From Promethearchaeota archaeon (GTDB lineage Archaea; Asgardarchaeota; Lokiarchaeia; Sigyniarchaeales; SOKP01): 21,180 nt of DNA. The notes below the pieces were generated by a model. That model was not told where the DNA came from and searched no databases. It saw only the letters and a program-made list of their open reading frames with translations. Of the stretch, positions 1 through 7,196 are shown piece after piece. Position 1 is the first letter of the stretch. The number at the start of each line of letters is the position of its first letter. Made by a program: the position numbers and the translations under genes. The stretch lies in NCBI GenBank assembly GCA_048938025.1, contig JBHLMP010000037.1, forward strand, positions 16,548 to 37,727, written 5' to 3'.

Positions 1-2
1 CA

Positions 3-596
3 AACACAGAAAATTCGAATAAAGAAGAACTTAAAAAATTTATAGAAGAAACTAACGAAAAACTCTCAAGTTTCTCATCCATACTTCAAAAATTTGGATT
101 AGATTTAATTACAAAAATGGGTCAAACAAATTTGAAATTAAATATGTTGACAGATAAAATCGATGAATTAAGTAAAGCAACAATCGATGTTAAGGCATTA
201 ATACCTCAACTAAATAATGTAATTGAAAATCAAAAAATTCTCGAAGCTGAACTTGATTTAATTCGATCCTTAATACAGAAGTCAAGTGTCTCATTTCAAC
301 CAAAAGAAATAGAAAGTGAGGTTGTTGAAAGAGATATAGCTGCTACAGATAAAAAAGAATCAATAATTAGTCAACTTATAAACTTAAAAGACGAAATCAA
401 CAAAATAGATGACCCAAAAATAGTTATTAAAACATTAAAAAAAATAAAAGAAGATATTTTCGTATTTACAGGAGGTCATAGAATCCTTTATGATATCTCA
501 CAAATTATTAATAATTTAAATGAGAATAATACAATTCCAGAAGATTTAAAGGAAATTATTAAGGAAAAAACTATTTTTTGGAAAAATAAATTATAA
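3..596 (+). CDS. Hypothetical coiled-coil protein, probably 5'-truncated by the window edge
   Basis: The frame of ORF 117..596 is open back to position 3 (NTENSNKEELKKFIEETNEKLSSFSSILQKFGLDLITK-M), so the true start probably lies upstream. Heptad-like L/I pattern, K/E-rich; no family recognised. Confidence 0.75.
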   Translation, partial: NTENSNKEELKKFIEETNEKLSSFSSILQKFGLDLITKMGQTNLKLNMLTDKIDELSKATIDVKALIPQLNNVIENQKILEAELDLIRSLIQKSSVSFQPKEIESEVVERDIAATDKKESIISQLINLKDEINKIDDPKIVIKTLKKIKEDIFVFTGGHRILYDISQIINNLNENNTIPEDLKEIIKEKTIFWKNKL

Positions 597-758
597 CTTA
601 AAAATTAGCTAAGTAATTTTTTACTTTTTTATCAAAAGATTAAGATATCTTTATTAACAATTACAGTAAGTAATATATATTAAACCTAGTTTGCAATATT
701 CTAAAAATATTGAATTTAATGAATAATTATTAAAAATAATTCGAAAATGGTTATGATT

Positions 759-1289
759 ATGGGAAAAGGAAAAGTTGTTGCCATAATTGGCGCTGCAGTT
801 GGAGTATTAAGCGTTATCCTGAGTTTAGTTTTGCCCGCATTGTTCTCTTGGTACCATTTAGAGGTTACTGGTGGCGGTCTTTCAGATTATCTTTACCTTA
901 CTGCATTTGGGACTATAGATGCGGATATTACACCGCTCTCAGCCCCAGATGAGATAGTTATATTAGTATTGATCGGAGGTATCTTGGTACTAGCAGGAGC
1001 AGCTTTGTGTATTGTTAGTGCACTTACAGAACAAAAAATTTTAGGAATTATTGGTGGAATTGCAATGCTTTTAGGTCCAACCTTCTTAATTTTTGACCTT
1101 TTAGGCCAAATGAGTGAGTTTGCTGAATTTATGGATAATGTAACTACTACTCTCTATGATGAAAATATCTTTTTTGCTACGTTTACACCTGGTCCTGGAA
1201 TTAACGGGGTTGCGGGCCTATGGATTGGATTCTTCATGGCTTATGGTGGTGGAATTTTAGGGTTGATAGGTGGAGCAACAGTCGAATAA
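759..1289 (+). CDS. Four-TM membrane protein, array paralog 1 (claudin/PMP22-like layout, putative)
   Basis: Four hydrophobic segments. Shares SWY, YLTAFG, GG.LVLAGA.LC, SEFA, IFF and GLIGGAT blocks with the other paralogs. Start at ATG 759 (MGKGK) is preferred over 747 by alignment with the paralogs. Confidence 0.85.
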   Translation: MGKGKVVAIIGAAVGVLSVILSLVLPALFSWYHLEVTGGGLSDYLYLTAFGTIDADITPLSAPDEIVILVLIGGILVLAGAALCIVSALTEQKILGIIGGIAMLLGPTFLIFDLLGQMSEFAEFMDNVTTTLYDENIFFATFTPGPGINGVAGLWIGFFMAYGGGILGLIGGATVE

Positions 1290-1381
1290 TAAATTAATTT
1301 TTTTTTTATTTCTTTACTGTTTTTAGGAAAAATAGGTTATAAATTAAATCTTCAATCATATGTGTATAATTTTTTAATATT

Positions 1382-1515
1382 CTAGAGAAACCTTTATTAA
1401 TAATTGTATTAAAATTATATTTAATAAAAATTGATGTCCAAAATTATTAAAATCTTTAATTAATTTGCGAAAAAATAAATAAAATTAAAAAATAAATAAG
1501 AAAGAGGTAATAAAT
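1382..1515 (+). repeat. 134-bp upstream/promoter region, copy A (copy B at 2232-2365)
   Basis: Manual alignment gives 9 mismatches in 134 bp and no indels; a weaker copy lies at ~3362-3447. Confidence 0.95.
1385..1400 (+). promoter_or_regulatory. Putative archaeal BRE/TATA promoter (GAGAAACC-TTTATTAA), repeated before each array gene
   Basis: CTTTATTAA(T/C)AATT occurs before all four paralogs (TTTATTAA at 650, 1393, 2243, 3367), preceded by a purine-rich BRE-like stretch. Confidence 0.65.
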
Positions 1516-2040
1516 ATGGGAAAAGCTGGAATGGTTCTTGCAATAATTGGCGCTGTTATTGGGCTATTAAGCGTTCTCCTAGGTTTAGCTATACCCGCAC
1601 TATTCTCTTGGTACCACTACGATTTAAGTACTCCTGGTTATTCCGGGGGACTTTATCTTACAGCATTTGGTAGTATAATTTCTGATCCATCAGGAGCAGA
1701 TTTTGAAGTTGCTACACTAGTATTGCTCGGAGGTATCATGGTATTAGCAGGAGCTGGTTTATGTATCGTCGCTGCTGCTACAAAAATGAAGCCTTTAGGG
1801 ATCATTGGTGGAATTTTGATGATTGTAGGCCCAATTATGTTAATTATTGACCTTGCGAGTGTAGGCAGTGAGTTTGCTGAATATATGGATAATATAGCTA
1901 CTTACACTGATAAATCTATTTTTTTCGATACATTTAGTTATGCGGGTTATAGTGTCGTTTGGGGCTTATGGGTTGGTTTTTTCATGGCAATAGCTGGTGG
2001 AGTTGTAGGACTGATAGGTGGAGCAACACTATCAGAATAA
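1516..2040 (+). CDS. Four-TM membrane protein, array paralog 2
   Basis: Same conserved blocks; GAGGT Shine-Dalgarno at ~1504-1508; T12 tract after the stop. Confidence 0.9.
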   Translation: MGKAGMVLAIIGAVIGLLSVLLGLAIPALFSWYHYDLSTPGYSGGLYLTAFGSIISDPSGADFEVATLVLLGGIMVLAGAGLCIVAAATKMKPLGIIGGILMIVGPIMLIIDLASVGSEFAEYMDNIATYTDKSIFFDTFSYAGYSVVWGLWVGFFMAIAGGVVGLIGGATLSE

Positions 2041-2053
2041 TTTAAATATTAAA

Positions 2054-2065
2054 TTTTTTTTTTTT
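2054..2065 (+). terminator. Oligo-T archaeal terminator (equivalents at 1298-1307, 2915-2927, 3158-3165, 3993-4002)
   Basis: A T8-T13 run lies within ~20 nt of the stop codon of every array member. Confidence 0.65.
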
Positions 2066-2135
2066 CTAAATTAACTTAAGTGAATTTAAATTAATATAAA
2101 TATTAGAGTTAGAAAATTTAAAAAACTAAAAATAA

Positions 2136-2223
2136 TTAATCATCTAATTTTGACTGATAAGTTAAGTCTGCAATTTTTTGAAAAATAATTAACGACTTCT
2201 CTTGTCAACGCAGAGGTTTCAAA
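2136..2223 (-). pseudogene. Duplicated 3' end of the Rab-like GTPase gene, remnant 1
   Basis: Minus strand reads FETSALTREVVN/(2-nt deletion)/IFQKIADLTYQSKLDD*, versus FETSALTGEGVKTIFQKIADLTYQSKLAD* in the live gene (4058-4147). Confidence 0.92.
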
Positions 2224-2231
2224 TAACATTA

Positions 2232-2365
2232 CTAGAGAAACCTTTATTAATAATTATAGTAAATGTATATTTAATAAAAATTGATGTCCAAAATTATAAA
2301 AATCTTTAATTAATTTACGAGAAAGTTAATAAAATTAAAAAATAAATAAGAAAGAGGTAATAAAT
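2232..2365 (+). repeat. 134-bp upstream/promoter region, copy B
   Basis: Direct repeat of 1382-1515; begins ~8 nt after GTPase remnant 1. Confidence 0.95.
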
Positions 2366-2896
2366 ATGGGAAAAGCTGGAAGGGTTCTTGCAATAATTGG
2401 CGCTGCTATTGGAATTGCAATGGTTCTCCTTAGTTTAATTGGAGGCGGATTTTTGTCTTGGTATTATTTTGATGTTGATTATGGCCCTTATACAGGTGGA
2501 GTTTATCTTACAGCCTTTGGGAGTTTCATTGAGGATACGATTTCATTACCAAGTGCCTATACCGAGGTAGCTATGTTAGTATTGCTTGGAGGTATCTTGG
2601 TATTGGCAGGAGCTGGTTTATGTATTGTCTGTGCTGCTACAGAAAAGAAGCCTTTAGGGATAATTGGTGGAATTTTGATGATTTTAGGCCCAATTTTCTT
2701 AATTATTGACCTTGCCGGTCAAGTCAGTGAGTTTGCTCAATTTATGGATCAAATAGCTAGTGCCTATGATGAATCTATTTTTTTCGGTTCATTTAGTTAT
2801 GGACCTGGTAGTCTCGTTTGGGGCATAGGGATATTTCCTATTGCTATGATAATAGGTGCTGGAGTTGTAGGGCTGATAGGTGGAGCAACACTATAA
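2366..2896 (+). CDS. Four-TM membrane protein, array paralog 3
   Basis: Same conserved blocks; upstream region nearly identical to that of paralog 2 (offset 850). Ends two codons earlier than paralog 2 (TCA vs TAA), with the paralog-2-equivalent stop still present at 2900-2902. Confidence 0.9.
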   Translation: MGKAGRVLAIIGAAIGIAMVLLSLIGGGFLSWYYFDVDYGPYTGGVYLTAFGSFIEDTISLPSAYTEVAMLVLLGGILVLAGAGLCIVCAATEKKPLGIIGGILMILGPIFLIIDLAGQVSEFAQFMDQIASAYDESIFFGSFSYGPGSLVWGIGIFPIAMIIGAGVVGLIGGATL

Positions 2897-3038
2897 AAAT
2901 AATTTAAATATTAATTTTTTTTTTTTTCCTAATTAATTTAATTTCTTAAAGTAGTCATAAAATTTGAAAAGACTTAACTAAGTTTAAATTAAGAAAATTT
3001 AAAATTAGAGTTAAGAACATTAGAATTTGAAGAAATTA

Positions 3039-3157
3039 AGTATTTTCTTTGGTTCAAATAGCACCTATGCATGGGGTTTATGGTCGGGTATTTCCTTGCC
3101 TATAGTGGTGGAATTTTAGGATTGATAGGTGTAGCACTAGTATCACCTTCAAATTAA
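3039..3157 (+). pseudogene. 3' remnant of a fifth array paralog with a 1-nt deletion
   Basis: Reads SIFFGSNSTYAWGLW, then (after restoring one G in tgg-gtc) VGYFLAYSGGILGLIGVALVSPSN*. This matches the paralog C-termini (WGLWVGFFMAIAGGVVGLIGG; AYGGGILGLIGG). Followed by T8; no 5' part or promoter. Confidence 0.85.
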
Positions 3158-3257
3158 TTTTTTTTAAATTTTTCATTAAATTCACTTAGCTAAATTTAAA
3201 TTAGTATAACCTTAAAAGTAGAGTTAAAAAATTTAAAAACAGAAAAATCAAAGTTAT

Positions 3258-3347
3258 TTAATCAATTAATTTTGACTGATACGTTAGATCTGCTATTTTT
3301 TGAAAAACAGTTTTAAAATCCTTTCCTGTTAACGCATAGGTTTAAAA
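3258..3347 (-). pseudogene. Duplicated 3' end of the Rab-like GTPase gene, remnant 2
   Basis: Minus strand reads F*TYALTGKDFKTVFQKIADLTYQSKLID*. It is colinear without indels with 4058-4147 and carries a GAA>TAA nonsense change. Confidence 0.92.
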
Positions 3348-3447
3348 TAAAATTAGATAATAAACCTTTATTAATAATTAGATTAAATTTATATTTAAAA
3401 GAAATAGATATCCAAGATTAAAAAAAATTAAGAAAGAGGTTGTACAT

Positions 3448-3978
3448 ATGGGAAATATGGGAAAATATCTTGCCATAATTTCCGCTTTTGTCGTAATCTT
3501 AACCGTTCTCCTTAGTTTAGCCATACCTGCACTGTTTTCTTGGTACGATTTCACAATAAGTGGCGGTGGTTACTCATCTGGGCTATATCTTACCCCATTT
3601 GGAACTTTCATCGTGAATGATTATGGAAGTCCAGATGAGATTGTTGGCTTAGTATTAATTGGAGGTATCATGGTATTAACTGGAGCAGGGTTATGTATTG
3701 CTGGCGTTGTTAAAGAAATTAAAGTTCTCGGAATAATTGGTGGCATTTTAATAATTCTTGGTCCAACTATGCTATTAATTGACCTTAGGTTTCAGATCAG
3801 TGAATTTGCTCAAGGGATGCATCATTTAGTTGAGACTGAGAGTTATAATTTAACTCATGCTCTTTGGGGTAGTTTTAGCCCTTCTCCGGGGGTAACCGTG
3901 GATTTTGGCATAACTATTGGTTATTTTATTACTTATATTGCTGGTATTTTAGTATTTAGTGGGGGATTGACAATATAA
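3448..3978 (+). CDS. Four-TM membrane protein, array paralog 4 (most divergent)
   Basis: PALFSWY, GLYLTPFG, GGIMVLTGAGLC and SEFA blocks; GAGGT SD at ~3436-3440; T10 tract at 3993-4002. Confidence 0.9.
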   Translation: MGNMGKYLAIISAFVVILTVLLSLAIPALFSWYDFTISGGGYSSGLYLTPFGTFIVNDYGSPDEIVGLVLIGGIMVLTGAGLCIAGVVKEIKVLGIIGGILIILGPTMLLIDLRFQISEFAQGMHHLVETESYNLTHALWGSFSPSPGVTVDFGITIGYFITYIAGILVFSGGLTI

Positions 3979-4057
3979 TTTAAATACTAATCTTTTTTTT
4001 TTATAATCTAAACTAATTTAGAGCTGAAAATTTCAAAATTAGAAAAAACTAAGATAG

Positions 4058-4630
4058 TTAGTCAGCCAATTTCGACTGATATGTTAAATCTGCAATTTTT
4101 TGAAAAATAGTTTTAACGCCCTCTCCAGTTAAAGCAGAGGTTTCAAAAAAGGGAGCACTTAATTTTTCGCTTAAATGATCAGCCATAGGATGAATAATTT
4201 TTCTCTCATCTTTTAGATCTATTTTATTACCAACTAATATACGGGGAATTCCGCTAAGACCGTACCGAACTGCCGAATTATACCAATTGTTTACATTAGA
4301 AAATGAACTTGAACGTGTAATATCATATACTAAGATCATACCATCTGCACCATTGAAATATGGACGATGAAGCATATAAAATTGGGGTTGTCCTGCGATA
4401 TCCCAGAACATGAGAAATACATTAACATCACTTCCTTTTTCATCAACTACATTAAGCTTTGCTTTCAAAATGTTAACGCCAACTGTGGGTATATACTCTC
4501 CCTTGATTTGTTTACCTAAAAAATTGTCAAGGAGAGATGTTTTACCTACTGCTGGGTCTCCGATAACAATTATTTTATAGACTAATTCATCTCGAGATGT
4601 AAAAATGAGTCCTTCTTTTTCTTCAGGCAT
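4058..4630 (-). CDS. Rab-like small GTPase (Ras superfamily)
   Basis: G1 GDPAVGKTS, G2 PTVG, G3 WDIAGQ, G4 NKID, G5 ETSAL; no C-terminal Cys prenylation motif. Confidence 0.95.
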   Translation of the reverse strand: MPEEKEGLIFTSRDELVYKIIVIGDPAVGKTSLLDNFLGKQIKGEYIPTVGVNILKAKLNVVDEKGSDVNVFLMFWDIAGQPQFYMLHRPYFNGADGMILVYDITRSSSFSNVNNWYNSAVRYGLSGIPRILVGNKIDLKDERKIIHPMADHLSEKLSAPFFETSALTGEGVKTIFQKIADLTYQSKLAD

Positions 4631-4714
4631 ACTAAATTCAAATTTTTATTGATAATTTTAAAATTAATTATATAAAATATGAAATTGCTATATAAAAACT
4701 TTAATTATTCGTAA

Positions 4715-5257
4715 TTAGTAAGATAAAGGAAATTGTTTTTCAATTTTAAATTTCGCAATTTTACTTTTTTCTCGAGCGATAAAAAAAATATCATTAACGA
4801 GAAATTCTAATGGTATCCAAGAGCTCTGTAATTTATTTATCACTTTAGACAGCTTTTCTTTTCCTTTTATTTGCCCTACACTTAAATGAGGAGTGAATCC
4901 TTTCTTAAATTTATTCACATCATTACAATCAGGAACTAATTTTAATATTTCAGCTTGAAGTGTAATACTTGATTCATTTGGTTCAGGTTCTAACCAGATT
5001 GTATAATTCTGATGTCCATGATTAAAGAATCTAAAGCTTTTTAATGAAAGCTTAAATGAGTTGATTTGTGAACAGATTTCTGAGAATTTATCTTCAATTT
5101 TATAATAAGAGCTTTTTGGTCTAAATGGATATATTAGTGTTATGTGGGGCATCCATTTATCGACATTTCTATCATATTTTATTCTAATTTCTTGGATGGG
5201 TTTCCATTTTTCTTTTGGAGGGATAATGACTACAGCAGAAGTACTAACTTTACTCAT
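4715..5257 (-). CDS. 2H phosphoesterase / 2'-5' RNA ligase family protein
   Basis: Two HxT/S motifs: PHITL and PHLSV. Confidence 0.88.
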   Translation of the reverse strand: MSKVSTSAVVIIPPKEKWKPIQEIRIKYDRNVDKWMPHITLIYPFRPKSSYYKIEDKFSEICSQINSFKLSLKSFRFFNHGHQNYTIWLEPEPNESSITLQAEILKLVPDCNDVNKFKKGFTPHLSVGQIKGKEKLSKVINKLQSSWIPLEFLVNDIFFIAREKSKIAKFKIEKQFPLSY

Positions 5258-5355
5258 TAACTTAAAGAGTTGTATTTATTAATTTCTAAATTAGGAAAAA
5301 ATCTTTAATTTTTTAGTAACATAAGATATTTGTAAATAATAAAGATAGTCTTCAC

Positions 5356-6582
5356 TTATCCTTCAAATAGGAATATCCATAAGTAAGTTATAATTATATT
5401 AAAGAAATATAAAGCCAAAACGCTAGTCAGAATGTAAATTAAGATTCTATATACTTGAAAATCAAATATTTTTCTGTAACTTTTCTTTTTACTCTTCTTT
5501 ACAACCTTAGTAAATTGTACACATTGATATATTATGCCAAAACAGATTAACAAAAATGGGAACGCCCAATTGTAAGGAAACCCTATTACATGAATAACCG
5601 TCTCTGAATCATAATCGATAAATAAAATATTTCCCCCCATCATATTTCCTACTAAAATTTGTCCATTATCTAATAAATCTGACTCATAGGGGGTTGATAA
5701 CCAAGGATTTCTTATCTCTTTTATAATTTTTCTAGATTTGGTATCATAAACTAATAGACGATTATTACCTGAATCTGTAATTAATCTTAAACCATTTCCG
5801 ATATCATCACAATCTCTTACCCATCTAAATTTACCATAAGGAAATTTTAATTTTAATTCCCATACAATTTCTTTTGTTGTACTATTAATTTCAATAACCC
5901 TATCATTTTCAGAATCACATATAATTGTATTTCCATTATCAATTCGATCTGGTTCATGCTGATGATTGAGTAATGTTAAATTATTTGGTTGTCCATACCA
6001 CCACACTATTTCTTTTGAATCACTATAATTTACTTCTATAACCAAATCAAGATTTCGTAATGAAAGCAAAAGTGAATCATAATTACGCCCAAATTTAGAT
6101 CCATTAATAAAATCTACATCATTAACATAAGCCCACGGTCCTAAAAGAGGTTGATTACTTTCATAGAAAGGGAAATCAGACCATCCTCTATCATTCGCAA
6201 ATTTCGTCCAATTTATATCAGATACATTTGTAGCATTCCAACTCCAGAGAATATTTTTTGGATCATTGATATCTACCTCATATACGAGATCATTCCAAGT
6301 TGACGTAATAATGAGGTTGCCATTTGGGAGCATATCACTATCATGAATAAAGAATCCCGGAGAACCCTTCCATTTTAAATGTCCATATTTATCTATAATA
6401 ACTACGGGGCCTGATACAGAAGTGACTAAATAACACCCAGAATATTTACCTTGTTGAATGTAATCAACACTTAGCGGGTTATTGAATGGGATGAATCTCG
6501 GGATTATACTATAAAAAGAGACCAAACTAATAGTTAGAATTATTATTGCCCAAAATCCCATTATTTTTTTCTTTTTTTCCAA
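5356..6582 (-). CDS. Membrane-anchored arylsulfotransferase (ASST)-like beta-propeller protein
   Basis: N-terminal signal anchor and two C-terminal hydrophobic helices; repeated blades (HDSDMLPNGN, VNDVD, SLRNLD, HQHEPDRIDNGNTIICDSENDRVIE, WVRDCD); TTG start. Confidence 0.7.
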   Translation of the reverse strand: MEKKKKIMGFWAIIILTISLVSFYSIIPRFIPFNNPLSVDYIQQGKYSGCYLVTSVSGPVVIIDKYGHLKWKGSPGFFIHDSDMLPNGNLIITSTWNDLVYEVDINDPKNILWSWNATNVSDINWTKFANDRGWSDFPFYESNQPLLGPWAYVNDVDFINGSKFGRNYDSLLLSLRNLDLVIEVNYSDSKEIVWWYGQPNNLTLLNHQHEPDRIDNGNTIICDSENDRVIEINSTTKEIVWELKLKFPYGKFRWVRDCDDIGNGLRLITDSGNNRLLVYDTKSRKIIKEIRNPWLSTPYESDLLDNGQILVGNMMGGNILFIDYDSETVIHVIGFPYNWAFPFLLICFGIIYQCVQFTKVVKKSKKKSYRKIFDFQVYRILIYILTSVLALYFFNIIITYLWIFLFEG

Positions 6583-6605
6583 AAGTTCTCATCCTCGCTA
6601 TAAAC

Positions 6606-7001
6606 TCAAAATCCAAGATAAAATGTAATACAAGCACTCAGTAAGAATAAACTAAAGTATATAAAAAAATATCTCAACGTGAAAATCCAAATATTTTCAT
6701 TTTGAAGGGTAAATCTGTTAGAATGTGATTTAACGATATATATTATGAATACGATAAGCAGATGTATAATAATAAAATATCCAAAAATCACAAATACTAT
6801 TAAAAAAGTTCGTATCTCAGCATCTATGTTAAAAAACTCTCTTGAATATAAAGCAACTTGAATAAAATAATGTGTACTTCCACCCACTATTCCTAATATA
6901 ATTTTTAGCCAAAATAGAAGGATTAATAATGAATAGTTTTCATAAGAATCGTCCTTAATACTAAATTTTTTCCCTTTGAGATCCACTTTTTTCCCTTCCA
7001 T
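6606..7001 (-). CDS. Small three-TM membrane protein, possibly RAB5IF/EMC6 (Rab5ip)-like
   Basis: Three hydrophobic helices; FWLKIILGIVGG in TM1 and W..T..YF..YF.LFLL...ITFY at the C-terminus. The CDS is likely real; the family call is tentative. Confidence 0.5.
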   Translation of the reverse strand: MEGKKVDLKGKKFSIKDDSYENYSLLILLFWLKIILGIVGGSTHYFIQVALYSREFFNIDAEIRTFLIVFVIFGYFIIIHLLIVFIIYIVKSHSNRFTLQNENIWIFTLRYFFIYFSLFLLSACITFYLGF

Positions 7002-7196
7002 CTAATGGCAATACTTTAATTAAGTTAGTTACTAATAAAATCTCTATGTCTTTTTTTATTAAAACAAAATAATTTAGATGAATTAAAAGATTTTTATTTT
7101 AAAAAACTTTATTTCTTTTCTATTAGGAGATCTTTATTATTGAATTAAATTTAATTAAAAGATTTTTATTTCAGTAAATTAATTGTAATTTGAAGA

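Noticed and set aside
600-712. Short inverted repeats AAAAATTA/TAATTTTT (600-621) and CAATATT/AATATTG (694-712)
   Set aside because: Almost pure A/T arms in a very AT-rich spacer; not significant.
1290-1381. A GTPase-tail fossil after paralog 1
   Set aside because: Looked for by eye; no recognisable similarity to 4058-4147.
1290-3447. CRISPR array, classical attC sites or IS ends in the array spacers
   Set aside because: No short regularly spaced repeats, no convincing attC-like hairpins, and no transposase or integrase. The repeats are explained by duplicated promoter, spacer and GTPase tail.
747-3978. Diversity-generating retroelement as the source of loop variation
   Set aside because: No reverse transcriptase in the window, no TR/VR pair, and the differences are not adenine-specific and include indels.
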